Positions 40,866-51,737 of a stretch of 64,000 nt of DNA are shown in pieces. This DNA is from an uncultured Methanosarcinales archaeon. Lineage in GTDB: Archaea > Nanobdellota > Nanobdellia > Woesearchaeales > GW2011-AR4. The first letter of the stretch is position 1. Each line of letters opens with the position of its first letter. The notes beneath the pieces were generated by a model that worked only from the letters and a program-made list of their open reading frames with translations, had not been told where the DNA came from and ran no database searches. The translations under genes and the position numbers were made by a program. The DNA is taken from positions 18 to 64,017 of the forward strand of contig CAZSIU010000001.1 of the NCBI GenBank assembly GCA_964607225.1, written 5' to 3'.

Positions 40866-41735
40866 ATGAAAAATAAAAAAATCACTTATAAAGAAGTAAG
40901 AGCTATACAGAAAGAGGATATACGCGCAAATAGAATAATATATAGTCATAACAGACATTTTTCTTCTCCATTTACTTATATTTTTATCAAGTTAGGAATT
41001 TCGCCAAACACTATAACAACATTTAATTTTTTTATTCCCATATTAGGATTTATATTTTTATCTTTAGGCACATATCTATCTATTATTGTTGGAATACTTT
41101 TTTTTAATTTATTTTTTATATTTGACCAATCAGATGGAGAAGCTGCAAGACTGCAAAATAGAGGAAGTATTGAGGGGATTTATTTGGATATAATAAACCA
41201 TTACATTTATGGTTGTTGTATAGGATTAGGATTAGGATACGGTCTATCCAGATTATACCATAATGAAATTTATATTGTTCTGGGATTTATCTTAACGCTC
41301 ATTTTTGTTTTGGAATACGCTATTCCGCATGTCCTAAATTCCATAGTTGTGAAGGGGTTGATAGATAATAAGACTTATGATAAAATTGAATCCGTTGATA
41401 AAGTTAGAAAGCTATTGGATAGGTATATTTACGGTGGGCGTTCTTGGGCAAACAGCAACATAATTTCAAAATTAGTAGGAATATACCCATTCCAAGGTCT
41501 GATTTTTTCAGTTCACTTTATACTTCCAATAATATTGATGTTAACTTTGATGGAAATTTTCTTAAGTGCTTCATTTGAATTCCCAATTCTTATTTATGGT
41601 TTGAATATTGGATTAATATCTTCATATTTATTTGTGCTCGCCACATCAAAAATAATCTGGATTATTGGCTATATTTCAAGAATAGTAAGAAATAGGCTTA
41701 TAACTAAATTTTTGATGGCTAGCAAAGATTCTTAA
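40866..41735 (+). CDS. CDP-alcohol phosphotransferase family membrane protein
   Basis: SPNTIT and DQSDGEAAR...G..LD (DxxDGxxAR...GxxxD). The last Asp position is His. Confidence 0.88.
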   Translation: MKNKKITYKEVRAIQKEDIRANRIIYSHNRHFSSPFTYIFIKLGISPNTITTFNFFIPILGFIFLSLGTYLSIIVGILFFNLFFIFDQSDGEAARLQNRGSIEGIYLDIINHYIYGCCIGLGLGYGLSRLYHNEIYIVLGFILTLIFVLEYAIPHVLNSIVVKGLIDNKTYDKIESVDKVRKLLDRYIYGGRSWANSNIISKLVGIYPFQGLIFSVHFILPIILMLTLMEIFLSASFEFPILIYGLNIGLISSYLFVLATSKIIWIIGYISRIVRNRLITKFLMASKDS

Positions 41736-41808
41736 TGCTAGAAATCTATATAATTTGAATTATATTTCAATTATTTTAAAACAATAAGCAAGGAGAAATC
41801 TTGCCGAA

Positions 41809-42927
41809 ATGCATATGGTTAAACCTAAAAAAATAAGAATTTTAGTAGTAGCTGAAAAATATGATGATTTCTATGAATGGCTCTCAAAGTTATTAGAAAA
41901 AGAATTTATTGTCAAAAAGCTTTATGTGCATTCAGGTGATGAAAAGCCTCCTTTCTTCCTGTTAAGATGGCTATTGGTGATTAAAAGATGGAGAAGCATA
42001 TCAAAGAGCTTCAAGCCGGAAAAAATTCTTGTATATGGGAAATCCTTGATGTCTATATGGATCGTCATTTTCTTAATTAGACTACTTGGACTAAACACAG
42101 AGATAATAATTTTTAGGTATGATTTTGAATATTTTTGGATGTGTTTTAAGGAGATTAAAAAAACAATTGGTGATAGGATGACTCTAATACTAGAAAAATT
42201 TTGTTTAATTAATTCAGATAAGATAGTTCACAAAGGCATAGAAAATGAGTTAGAGTTTTTACCATATTACGATAAACTAAAGAATAAACCGCACTATTTA
42301 TTCAGAGAATTTATTAATCCAAAAAAAATTCAGATTTATAATCCTAATTTTAAATTATCAAAGAAAGATGGCGAAATACATCTAGTGTACATAGGTGGTT
42401 TTACATCTGTAAATTTACCTGTTGCGGAGTCTATCTGGAATTTCTACCCAAAAATCACAAGCCAGAGACTACATCTGCACTTATACTCCTGGTTTGACAG
42501 AAAGGCAGAAGAAAAATTAAAGGAAATTGAAAATAGAAATCCTTATCTTCATCTTGAAGGAATTAAAGATCATAGTTCGCTTTTAAAAGAGATATGTAAA
42601 TATGACTACGGCATAAGCCTACACACTCGAAATGTTTCCAAGTCAAAAAACAACTATTATGTAGCTGTGCATTTCGCAAAAAAGTTTTTTGATTACCTGT
42701 CTGCAAAATTACCTTTAGTTGTCCTGAAGGAATCAAAGGCTGCTGCAGAATTTGTAGATAAGTACAAGATTGGGGTATGTATAGACTATAAAGATATTAA
42801 ATCTTTACAAAAAATTTTGACTAAAAAAAAGAAAGACTATGAAAAAATTATCAAAAACATCGACAATGCCATTTCAGACTCAATGGAGTGCAAAAAATTT
42901 CTTGATTTTGTAAGAACTCAGAAGTAG
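41809..42927 (+). CDS. Divergent GT-B (GT4-like) glycosyltransferase
   Basis: LVYIGG, YDYGI, KKFFDYLSAKLPLV. Confidence 0.6.
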   Translation: MHMVKPKKIRILVVAEKYDDFYEWLSKLLEKEFIVKKLYVHSGDEKPPFFLLRWLLVIKRWRSISKSFKPEKILVYGKSLMSIWIVIFLIRLLGLNTEIIIFRYDFEYFWMCFKEIKKTIGDRMTLILEKFCLINSDKIVHKGIENELEFLPYYDKLKNKPHYLFREFINPKKIQIYNPNFKLSKKDGEIHLVYIGGFTSVNLPVAESIWNFYPKITSQRLHLHLYSWFDRKAEEKLKEIENRNPYLHLEGIKDHSSLLKEICKYDYGISLHTRNVSKSKNNYYVAVHFAKKFFDYLSAKLPLVVLKESKAAAEFVDKYKIGVCIDYKDIKSLQKILTKKKKDYEKIIKNIDNAISDSMECKKFLDFVRTQK

Positions 42928-42933
42928 GGATTG

Positions 42934-44751
42934 CTAGGCAACACTAAAGATAACAGCTCCTTGGTTCTGGAAAACAAGCCTGAAAAGCCCAGATTGCGCA
43001 AGTTCTTGTACCTTGCTATTTGAATTGTCTGCTCCAAATTTCCTTACTGCCTGCCCATCAATGATCAAATATTCGTATCCTTTATTTTTTAGCCAATTGT
43101 AGTTTTCTTCGGCAGTCTGGTTAAAACCATTATTCATATAACCTTCAACATCTTTGCACCAATGGCATGTATACAAATCCATGCCAATGACAGGACCGTT
43201 ATTTGAAAACGTAAAAAGCCTGGAATTGCTGGGCAAATTCTGCTTAATCCATATATAAGCCCCTATTTCCTCTCCTGATGTCCAGAAAGCGCCTGGCGGC
43301 CATATAGCAGTATTTACGGCTATTTTCTGCTGGGTAGAGGTAAAATATATTCCTGTCAATAACAGCATAAGAACTGCGTACATGCCAATTTTTCCTGCAG
43401 ACTTTTTTGATATAGCAAGCAGATTAAATGCTCCTTCAGCAGCTAATACACAAATAGGTATTGCTAACAGCATCCATGCCCTAAAAGGGGAAAGCTTTAC
43501 AGGCATATTTGCAGCATTAACTGCATAAAAAGTGAACAAAAACCATACCGAAGTTATTGTGAGCCAGTGATTTTCCTTCTTTAGCAAGCCCTTAAACCTT
43601 ACAAAAATAAATATTATTCCTAATATTGCAAGAATCGATAAAACAATGCCGATACCTATGGGGTTGTTTATCATGTTTTGCTTTTGCGCTATTAGAAAAT
43701 CAGACAACGTATAAGCCCTATCTGCAGTTCCCGGAACGCTTATTATTGATTCTCCTTTACCTATAGCAAGTCCCAATCCCTTTAAAGTACCAGAAAAACC
43801 ATATGTAAAAATCATGGGCAGCCACCATACGGCAAAAGACAAGCCTATGCCCAGAAGGCCTGTAGCTGCATGCCATACTAGAAATTTTCTTTCCAAGATG
43901 ATTTTAGTTATAATATATAAAATAAAAAACAAGCCAAAATAAGTTGAATGTGTGGGGGATGAGGTCAAAACGGTTACCATAAGCAATCCAGAAACAATCC
44001 ACCACTTCTTATCATGCCTTATTCTTTCTATAGCATAGAAAACAACAAAATACAATGGGACGGTCAAAGACAAAGCCCAGATGAAATGTGACATAAATGC
44101 AGGTATGGACAATAAGGCAAAAGCCGCGAACAAAGCCTTGTTCCTGTTGCCTGTAAATTCCTTGACAAAAAAGTAAAAAAATATAGTTGACAAAGAGATT
44201 ATCAGGGCATTAAAAAATTTCAAAGTCCAATGCACGGAATCATTTGTTTGGTGCAGCAAGCCCATCAGCAGATCATAAGCAGGGGGGTAAGGATCGATAT
44301 AATGGAATCTATTGCCGACACCTGCAAAAACAGTTTTCTCAACAGCAACAAATTTTGAACTTATAGCATGTCCCCATGAATCGTCATCCTCTAAATAAGG
44401 ATAAGCAAAAGCTCCTGAAGAGTAAATGTAAAGATTAACAAAAAAAAGAGCAAGCATTGCCAAAATGCTTAAATCTGTTTTCGTCAATTTAAAGGCAAAT
44501 TTGGTTATAGGTTTATTCCTGATTAAATAATATAGTGGATATGCTAATGATAATGCCAGAATAATTTTCCAGTCTATTGGGACTCTGAATAAATTTAAAA
44601 TTAATCCCAAGAAAGGCAGCAAAGAAAGCCCAAAGCCTATCCTCATGAGGTTTCTCTCAAGAAAGTTATCGGAATTCTTTACAAATGAGGATACAGCAAA
44701 GCCTAATCCGTAGGCATATACAAAAAACAAAAGTATGGTTACATAACTCAT
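42934..44751 (-). CDS. Polytopic GT-C-like membrane protein
   Basis: Multiple TM segments, EDDDSWGH loop, YPP motif, soluble C-terminal domain (WIKQNLP). Confidence 0.65.
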   Translation of the reverse strand: MSYVTILLFFVYAYGLGFAVSSFVKNSDNFLERNLMRIGFGLSLLPFLGLILNLFRVPIDWKIILALSLAYPLYYLIRNKPITKFAFKLTKTDLSILAMLALFFVNLYIYSSGAFAYPYLEDDDSWGHAISSKFVAVEKTVFAGVGNRFHYIDPYPPAYDLLMGLLHQTNDSVHWTLKFFNALIISLSTIFFYFFVKEFTGNRNKALFAAFALLSIPAFMSHFIWALSLTVPLYFVVFYAIERIRHDKKWWIVSGLLMVTVLTSSPTHSTYFGLFFILYIITKIILERKFLVWHAATGLLGIGLSFAVWWLPMIFTYGFSGTLKGLGLAIGKGESIISVPGTADRAYTLSDFLIAQKQNMINNPIGIGIVLSILAILGIIFIFVRFKGLLKKENHWLTITSVWFLFTFYAVNAANMPVKLSPFRAWMLLAIPICVLAAEGAFNLLAISKKSAGKIGMYAVLMLLLTGIYFTSTQQKIAVNTAIWPPGAFWTSGEEIGAYIWIKQNLPSNSRLFTFSNNGPVIGMDLYTCHWCKDVEGYMNNGFNQTAEENYNWLKNKGYEYLIIDGQAVRKFGADNSNSKVQELAQSGLFRLVFQNQGAVIFSVA

Positions 44752-44798
44752 ACTGTAGGGATTAAAAAATCAGTTTAAAAATGTTGTCATTAATCCTT

Positions 44799-45332
44799 CT
44801 ATTTTATTGCAATCACAAAATAAAAGAAAGGCAATTCTCTCTTGCCATAATGTTCAACCTTAAGGTTTCTGAAAATTGAAAATAGCTTTCTCAGAGAATG
44901 TTCTGTAAAGCGCCAATAATCATGAGGCTCGTCATGTAATGGATAGAGAGCAGGCACGAGAACTATGAGCTTTCCATTTTTATTCAATGCCTTATGAAGC
45001 ATCTTAATTCCCTTATGGAAATCAAATACATGCTCTATTACATTAAAGCAAACAATGACATCATATCCTTTAGGTATTTTTTTTGTTATGTCTACTATAG
45101 GATGCTTATATGCAGGGTCTATGTCAGATTTCACAACTTCATTGCCTCTATTCTTAAAAAAGTCAGCAACAGAATATATATGCCTTCCTCTGATGGCTTT
45201 GCCTGAGCCGATTTCAAGAATTTTTTTGCCTCTTATGTTTGAGCAGTATTTCACCAAAATTTTGTTCTTGGCTCTTCCTGGTTGAAAGGCTATGTGGGAG
45301 AGTGAGCGGAAAATGCTCTTTTTGAGTGACAT
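44799..45332 (-). CDS. Class I SAM-dependent methyltransferase
   Basis: LEIGSG, NVIEHV, PLHDEPHDYWRFT. Start at MSLKK. Confidence 0.85.
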   Translation of the reverse strand: MSLKKSIFRSLSHIAFQPGRAKNKILVKYCSNIRGKKILEIGSGKAIRGRHIYSVADFFKNRGNEVVKSDIDPAYKHPIVDITKKIPKGYDVIVCFNVIEHVFDFHKGIKMLHKALNKNGKLIVLVPALYPLHDEPHDYWRFTEHSLRKLFSIFRNLKVEHYGKRELPFFYFVIAIK

Positions 45333-45419
45333 GAACGTGTTTAGACACAAATACTATTTAAAATTTTTTAGTTGGGGGTGACAGAAAGGCATTTAAATAG
45401 TCATATATTAGCAAACAGA

Positions 45420-46304
45420 ATGCTTATAATAGTAACAATACCTGCCTATAATGAGGAAAAGACAATAGGAAAAGTGGTAGACAGCATACATCAGGTAATG
45501 AAAAGCGGCAGATACAGCTATAAAATCCTAGTAGTTGATGATGGCAGCAAGGATAATACTGCAAGAGAAGCGAAAAAACATAATGCAATAGTGTATTCCC
45601 ATCCTAAAAATTATGGGTTGGCAGAGACTTTTAAGACAGAAATCAAAAAGGCTCTTGACCTTAAAGCTGATGTGATAGTGCATATAGATGCAGACTTTCA
45701 ATATTTGCCAAAAGAAATACCAAAATTATTGAATGAGATAAATAATGGCTATGATCTGGTTCTGGGAAGCAGGTTCAAGGGTAAGATAGAGAGAATGTCA
45801 TTTATAAAGAGATTGGGAAACAAGGCATTCTCAATGGTTATATCAAATGTTACCCGATTAAAAATATCAGATGGACAAACTGGTTTTAGGGCCTTTACAA
45901 AGGAAGTTGCTGAAAAAATAGACATAATATCAAACCATACTTACACTCAGGAGCAGATAATAAAGGCTGTAAAGGAAAAATTCAAGATTAAGGAAGTGCC
46001 TGTATATTTTGCCAGAAGAAAAGATGAGAGCAGGCTGATAAGCAACCCATTCGGATATGCTATAAGGGCCTGGATAAACCTCATAAGGATGTATAGGGAT
46101 TACGAGCCGCTGAAGTTTTTTGGTGTTTTTGGCTTTCTTATGTTTAGTATCGGATTTTTAATAGGTCTCTATCTCCTGTATCTCCATTTTACCTCTGGGA
46201 TAGTTGGGCACTTTGCATTAATAATGCTCGATATTTTGATCTTAAGCATTGGTCTTCAGATAATAATATTCGGATTTTTGACGGACATGCTAAGGAAATA
46301 TTAG
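45420..46304 (+). CDS. GT2 polyprenyl-phosphate glycosyltransferase (AglJ-like) with two C-terminal TM segments
   Basis: IPAYNEE, VDDGSKD, DAD, GSRF, DGQTGFRA. Start after ATTTAAATA. Confidence 0.9.
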   Translation: MLIIVTIPAYNEEKTIGKVVDSIHQVMKSGRYSYKILVVDDGSKDNTAREAKKHNAIVYSHPKNYGLAETFKTEIKKALDLKADVIVHIDADFQYLPKEIPKLLNEINNGYDLVLGSRFKGKIERMSFIKRLGNKAFSMVISNVTRLKISDGQTGFRAFTKEVAEKIDIISNHTYTQEQIIKAVKEKFKIKEVPVYFARRKDESRLISNPFGYAIRAWINLIRMYRDYEPLKFFGVFGFLMFSIGFLIGLYLLYLHFTSGIVGHFALIMLDILILSIGLQIIIFGFLTDMLRKY

Positions 46305-46322
46305 AAGCATTTTTTTCTGAAT

Positions 46323-46985
46323 ATGAAAAAGTCAAAAATAAGCCATGCTGTTCTTGACAAGAAAAGCAGGAAAGAAAAGGCATCGGCAATAATAAGAATA
46401 CTAAGCAAGTATAAAAATATAAAAAAATGCAAAATTCTTGATATTGGGACAGGAGCTGGAGTGATTGCTTCTGAGCTCGGAAAAACCTCCAAAAAAACTT
46501 ATTCTGTGGATGTAGTTGATGAAAGGATAATAAAGAAAAATTTTGTATTTAAGAAGACAACTGATGAAAATCTTCCGTTTAAGGACAATGAATTTGATAT
46601 CATAGTGTCAAACCATGTGATGGCCCATGTCAATAATGGTGATATGCACTTAAAAGAAATAAAGAGAGTCCTGAAAAAAGACGGCATTGTCTATTTGAGC
46701 ATGCTGAACAGGTTGTGGCCTCTTGAGCCGAATTTCAATTTATTGTTCTTATCATGGCTGCCAAGTAAAATTGCTGATTCTTATGTAAGAGTTCTGGGAA
46801 AAGGCCGACATTACAATGTGCATCCCCTGACATATTCTGCATTCGTAAAAAAAATAAAAAAATATTTTGTTTTTGATGACATAACCCTGAAGGTAATAAA
46901 CAATAAACTATGGGTGCCAAAATCAGCCTATAGTATGTTAAGGGTTTTTTCTCCTGTATGGGTAATAGTTCTAAAAAAAAGGTAG
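46323..46985 (+). CDS. Class I SAM-dependent methyltransferase
   Basis: ILDIGTGAG, LPFKDNEFD, RVLKKDG. Confidence 0.88.
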   Translation: MKKSKISHAVLDKKSRKEKASAIIRILSKYKNIKKCKILDIGTGAGVIASELGKTSKKTYSVDVVDERIIKKNFVFKKTTDENLPFKDNEFDIIVSNHVMAHVNNGDMHLKEIKRVLKKDGIVYLSMLNRLWPLEPNFNLLFLSWLPSKIADSYVRVLGKGRHYNVHPLTYSAFVKKIKKYFVFDDITLKVINNKLWVPKSAYSMLRVFSPVWVIVLKKR

Positions 46986-47036
46986 CCGGGAATACTCAAT
47001 ACATATTTAAATATCTGATATATCCCCCGTCAGTAT

Positions 47037-48074
47037 ATGGTGAAGTTGGGAATAGTGGGTTATGGCTATTGGGGACCAAACCTGGTAAGGAACTTCAACA
47101 GCATTCCTGATTCTGAAATAGTCTACTGTGCAGACTTTGACGAGAAGAGGCTACAGCACATCAGAGGCCTTTACCCACAAACCGAGATAACTAAAGATTA
47201 CAAAGAGATTTTAAATGATAAGGGAGTAGATGCAGTAATAGTAGCCACGCCAATAGAAACTCATTACAAGATTGCAAAAGACTGCCTGGATGCAGGCAAG
47301 CATGTCTTGATAGAAAAGCCCATTACAGCAAGCTCTACAGAAGCCCTTGACCTGATAAAGACAGCGGAAAAATGCAAAAAAGTACTGATGGTAGACCATA
47401 CCTTCGAATACAGCACTCCTGTAATGAAGGTAAAGGAGATAATAAAAAATGGAGAGCTGGGAAAGATATTTACCATAGATATGATAAGAGTCAATTTGGG
47501 ATTGTTTCAGGAAAAAGTCAATGTCGCATGGGATTTAGCCCCACATGATATATCTATGCTGCTGTACTATCTTGAGAGTTTGCCTTTGGCAGTCAGGGCA
47601 GTGGGCCAGTCTTATGTAAGGCAAGGCATTGAAGATGATGTCCATATTAATCTTGAATTTAAGGACAAAATAATGGCCAATATGCATGTTTCATGGCTCG
47701 ACCCAATGAAAATAAGGAAAACCACGATTGTCGGAAACAAAAAAATGCTTGTTTTTGACGACACTGCAGAGAATGAAAAGATAAAAATATATGATAAGGG
47801 GGTAACAATAGAAAAAAATAATATACCAAGGCAGCCATACTATGATACATATGAAGAATGGGTTTTGACTTACAGGGCAGGGGGGGTGTATGCGCCGAAA
47901 ATAGAGAATAAAGAGCCGTTGAATGTCATGGCAGGGCATTTCCTTGACTGTATAAAAAATAATAAAAAGCCTCTTACAGATGGTTACTCTGGCCTTAAGG
48001 TTGTAAAGGTCCTGGAAGCCATGCAGGAGTCTTTGAAGAATGACGGCAGGAAAGTGAAAATAAAAGATGATTAG
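47037..48074 (+). CDS. Gfo/Idh/MocA oxidoreductase (WbpB/WlbA-like sugar 3-dehydrogenase)
   Basis: GYGYWG, ATP...H, EKP, DLAPHD. Confidence 0.88.
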   Translation: MVKLGIVGYGYWGPNLVRNFNSIPDSEIVYCADFDEKRLQHIRGLYPQTEITKDYKEILNDKGVDAVIVATPIETHYKIAKDCLDAGKHVLIEKPITASSTEALDLIKTAEKCKKVLMVDHTFEYSTPVMKVKEIIKNGELGKIFTIDMIRVNLGLFQEKVNVAWDLAPHDISMLLYYLESLPLAVRAVGQSYVRQGIEDDVHINLEFKDKIMANMHVSWLDPMKIRKTTIVGNKKMLVFDDTAENEKIKIYDKGVTIEKNNIPRQPYYDTYEEWVLTYRAGGVYAPKIENKEPLNVMAGHFLDCIKNNKKPLTDGYSGLKVVKVLEAMQESLKNDGRKVKIKDD

Positions 48075-48546
48075 CAAAGATGTAAAGCTCGGAAAAAACG
48101 TGAAGATATTCCACGGGGAACTTGTGAATCTTTATGGATGCGAAATAGGAGACAATACAAAGATAGCCATGTTCGTGGAAATACAGAAAGGTGTAAAGAT
48201 AGGCAAAAACTGCAAGATAGAGGCCTTTGCTTTCATTCCAGAAGGTGTTACTCTAGAAGATCAGGTTCTTGTGGGACCACATGCATGCTTTACTAATGAT
48301 AAGATTCCAAGAGCTACAAATATCGACGGAAGCATGAAAACTGCAAATGACTGGGAAGTTGCTAAAACATTGGTAAAGAGAAGGGCAGGGATAGGGGCAA
48401 ATGCGACAATAATATGTGGTGTGACAATAGGGGAAAATGCAATTGTAGGTGCAGGCTCTGTTGTCACAAAAGATGTTCCAGACAATGCAATAGTGGCAGG
48501 AAACCCGGCAAAGGTCATAGGGGAAGCGAAGGACATAATAAAATGA
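48067..48546 (+). CDS. Hexapeptide-repeat N-acetyltransferase (WbpD/WlbB-like)
   Basis: [26 protein letters not shown]. Confidence 0.9.
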   Translation: MISKDVKLGKNVKIFHGELVNLYGCEIGDNTKIAMFVEIQKGVKIGKNCKIEAFAFIPEGVTLEDQVLVGPHACFTNDKIPRATNIDGSMKTANDWEVAKTLVKRRAGIGANATIICGVTIGENAIVGAGSVVTKDVPDNAIVAGNPAKVIGEAKDIIK

Positions 48547-49637
48547 TAAAATTTGTTGATCTTAATGTGCAGTACGAGGCAATAAAAAAGGACATCAACA
48601 ATGCCATACAGGAAGTGCTTGATTCAGGAAGGTTTGTCCTAGGAGAGAATGTTGAGCTTTTTGAGAAGGAATTTGCTGCTTTCTGCAATGCGCCTTATGC
48701 AGTGGGAGCTAATAACGGGACATCTGCCCTGCACCTTGCTTTAGTTGCATCAGGAATAGGAAAGGGGGATGAAATTATAACTGCGCCAAATACTTACATT
48801 GCCACCTGCGAAGCAATTTCCTATACATGTGCCACTCCAAAATTTGTTGACATTAATCAAGATACATATGCCCTTGATGTAAATAAGCTGGAAAAAGCAA
48901 TAACTGAAAAGACAAAAGCCATAATGCCTGTTCATTTGTACGGCCAGTCTGCTGGCATGAAACACATAATGGAGATAGCTGAAAAGCATAATCTCATAGT
49001 AATAGAGGATGCGGCACAATCTCATGGAGCAGAGCATTACGGGAAAAAAATTCCTTTTTCTGATATAGGTTGCTTCAGTTTTTATCCAGTAAAAAATCTT
49101 GGGGCATATGGGGAAGGAGGCATGGTGGTGGCTAAATACAAAGAGCTGGCTGAAAAGATAAGAATATATAGGGATCATGGTCAGGAGAAAAAGAATGTCC
49201 ATAAATATATCGGCTACAATTACCGCCTGGAAGAGATGCAGGCAGCAATCTTGAGGGTAAAATTGAGGCATCTTCCTAAATGGACAGAAATGAGAAGGAA
49301 AAATGCAAAACTCTACAATGAATTGTTTGAAGGCTCGGATGTCATAACACCAACAGAAAAAGATTATAATAGGCATGTTTACCATCTTTATATTGTAAGG
49401 GTAAAAAACAGGCAGAAGCTTATTGAGCACTTAAGCTCAAAAGGCATACAGACCGGCATACATTACCCTGTTCCGGTGCACCTTACAGAAGCTTATGCAG
49501 GCTTAGGATACAAAAAAGGCTCTTTCTTGGTAGCAGAGCAATGTGCCGATGAGATACTATCGTTGCCCATGTATCCAGAGCTTAGCGAAGAAGATATAAT
49601 GATAGTAGTAAAAGAAATTAAAGAATTCTTAAAATGA
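48543..49637 (+). CDS. DegT/DnrJ/EryC1/StrS sugar aminotransferase (WbpE/WlbC-like)
   Basis: MIKFVDL start overlapping the upstream stop, [24 protein letters not shown]. Confidence 0.92.
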   Translation: MIKFVDLNVQYEAIKKDINNAIQEVLDSGRFVLGENVELFEKEFAAFCNAPYAVGANNGTSALHLALVASGIGKGDEIITAPNTYIATCEAISYTCATPKFVDINQDTYALDVNKLEKAITEKTKAIMPVHLYGQSAGMKHIMEIAEKHNLIVIEDAAQSHGAEHYGKKIPFSDIGCFSFYPVKNLGAYGEGGMVVAKYKELAEKIRIYRDHGQEKKNVHKYIGYNYRLEEMQAAILRVKLRHLPKWTEMRRKNAKLYNELFEGSDVITPTEKDYNRHVYHLYIVRVKNRQKLIEHLSSKGIQTGIHYPVPVHLTEAYAGLGYKKGSFLVAEQCADEILSLPMYPELSEEDIMIVVKEIKEFLK

Positions 49638-50380
49638 AGTATTTCCATTATCTTTTGGCAGCTGGCATAAGGAGATTGAGGAAAAAATACGCAAAGACTA
49701 AGTATCTCGACTATTACAAAGAAACATTGGAGCTTAATGAGCCTACAATGATCTTTACCCATGACATAGATGAAGGTTATGAGCCGAACATTGATGCTAT
49801 TGTTGATATGGAGAAGAAATACGGGATTAAATCCACCATGTTCCTTCTTGCAATGTCGCATCCCTCAAAAAAATGGGTAAATGCCAATTCCAAGTGGGAT
49901 TTCCAGTATCATGCGAATTTCATAGGAAACAGGATGAGCAAGGTCCTCGAAGAAAAAAAACTCATAGATAATTTAGTTGGAAAAAAGACCGAGATAGTAA
50001 GAGCCCACCAGTATCACCTCCCTGACTTAAAGCTTTTGAAAGGCCATTTCAGGGCAGACTCAAGCTATGATAACTGGACCAAGCTTACATTGTTCAGGCC
50101 ATTCTTGACAGACCTTGGCATTATAGAGTTTCCGCATTTCCCAGAAATAGAATTCATCAACCTCTACAAGAACAAAGGAAATAACATAAAAAGATTATAC
50201 AAGGATATTGTAGATACCGGAAGAAAGACAAACGGGCTTGTAATAGTGCTTACACACCCAACGCCATTCAAAAGATGGGGGAAAACAATCCAGGAATTCT
50301 TCATGACTCAGGATGGGTTTAAGGTCAAGACCATGCATGAGGTAATGGAAGAATTAAGGAAAAAATACAAAATTGCCTAA
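49634..50380 (+). CDS. Polysaccharide deacetylase-like protein
   Basis: FTHDID, FQYH, RAH, DSS, LTHP. Confidence 0.6.
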   Translation: MKYFHYLLAAGIRRLRKKYAKTKYLDYYKETLELNEPTMIFTHDIDEGYEPNIDAIVDMEKKYGIKSTMFLLAMSHPSKKWVNANSKWDFQYHANFIGNRMSKVLEEKKLIDNLVGKKTEIVRAHQYHLPDLKLLKGHFRADSSYDNWTKLTLFRPFLTDLGIIEFPHFPEIEFINLYKNKGNNIKRLYKDIVDTGRKTNGLVIVLTHPTPFKRWGKTIQEFFMTQDGFKVKTMHEVMEELRKKYKIA

Positions 50381-51547
50381 TGCCCTCAATACCTCATTAA
50401 ATACGTTCATTATCTTTTTTCTTATCACATTTTTTCTGAAGCCGTATTTCTCAAGAAACTCTATTCCGTTTGACGATAGTCTTTTTCTCAGGCTAGTGTT
50501 TTTTAGAAGGTAAGCAATGGTTTCCCCAAGCTCTTTTGGATTCTGCTTCTCCACCAAATAAGCATATTTGTTATGCGCAAAATATCTCTCTGTGTCTCCT
50601 GCCTTTGTCATGATGCACGGGACTTTAGACAGCATAGCCTCAAGGATTGTTGTGCTAAAGCAATTTTCAATTTTACTGCATGCAACAAAAATATCGGAAA
50701 TCGCAAGATATTTATTCACTTTGGAAGTGGGTCCCGGCAATAATAAATTATCCCGTAAGCCTAATTTTTTCATCTCATTTTCAACATCTTTTTTTAAATG
50801 CCCATCACCAACCATAATAAATTTGACACTTTTGGTTTTTTTTAATGCATAGGACATTGATTCCACAAATGTTAAGGGGTCCTTCATGTCCTCAAATCTT
50901 CCGATAAAAGTCACAACATATTTTTCTTTGATATTAAGCTCTTTTTTAATCTGCTTTGCATTGTGTTTTTTGAGGAATTTTTCTTCATCAAGGAAATTCC
51001 TTATAGCCACCACCTTCCTTGCCCCTATTTTTCTTATGCCTTCTATAAGATCGTAGTGCGCAGAGGTTATTGCATCCATTCTTCTGAAAACGAACCTATT
51101 GAGCCAGCTCGGAATCCCTCTTATGCTGCCCCCATGCTCTGTAAGAACCACTGGTTTTTTATATATATATTTTAGCGGTAAAGCTGCCAGACCAGATAAT
51201 GTCCAGTGCGCATTAATTACATCGGATTTTCTTGCTATACTAAAGGCTTTGATAAAGAATGCCAGCATGAAGAAAGGTGCCTGAATTTTTGGAAATAATC
51301 CGTGGCCAAAACTCTCTCTCATGCCGCCAGTGTAGGTGAGCTTCTGCAATTTTTTAGGGAAAAAATAGTTGAACCTGTATATTCTTACTTTGTCCCTGAC
51401 TTCATATGGTTTTGTTGTTGCATCTCCCGAGGTTACAACTGTAACATCCTCTGTTTTCGCTAATTCTTTAGCCCAAGAGTGCATAAATGGCACCCAATGG
51501 TCGTTTTTCGACCTTGGATAAGATGTGCATAATATGCAGATTCTCAT
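50354..51547 (-). CDS. GT4 family glycosyltransferase
   Basis: AHW, TEHG, FIGR...K, VGDG, LEAM. Confidence 0.9.
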   Translation of the reverse strand: MRICILCTSYPRSKNDHWVPFMHSWAKELAKTEDVTVVTSGDATTKPYEVRDKVRIYRFNYFFPKKLQKLTYTGGMRESFGHGLFPKIQAPFFMLAFFIKAFSIARKSDVINAHWTLSGLAALPLKYIYKKPVVLTEHGGSIRGIPSWLNRFVFRRMDAITSAHYDLIEGIRKIGARKVVAIRNFLDEEKFLKKHNAKQIKKELNIKEKYVVTFIGRFEDMKDPLTFVESMSYALKKTKSVKFIMVGDGHLKKDVENEMKKLGLRDNLLLPGPTSKVNKYLAISDIFVACSKIENCFSTTILEAMLSKVPCIMTKAGDTERYFAHNKYAYLVEKQNPKELGETIAYLLKNTSLRKRLSSNGIEFLEKYGFRKNVIRKKIMNVFNEVLRALGNFVFFP

Positions 51548-51737
51548 AAATATTAAGATTCACATATATTATATAAATATAGCTGATTCTAATCTTATAT
51601 GGGAAACAAAGAAATTTGAGAGAGAACGAAGATTTGAGTTCTTGACATATCGTGCAAGGGTGCCAAGCTAAATACGCATTAACCGCGTAGTACATAAGCA
51701 ATATTTTTAAATACTCAACAATTTTTGGGGTACAAAT

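Noticed and set aside
48543..49637. 2-aminoethylphosphonate transaminase
   Set aside because: Motifs are DegT-type sugar aminotransferase, and it lies in a WbpB/D/E-like operon far from ppd.
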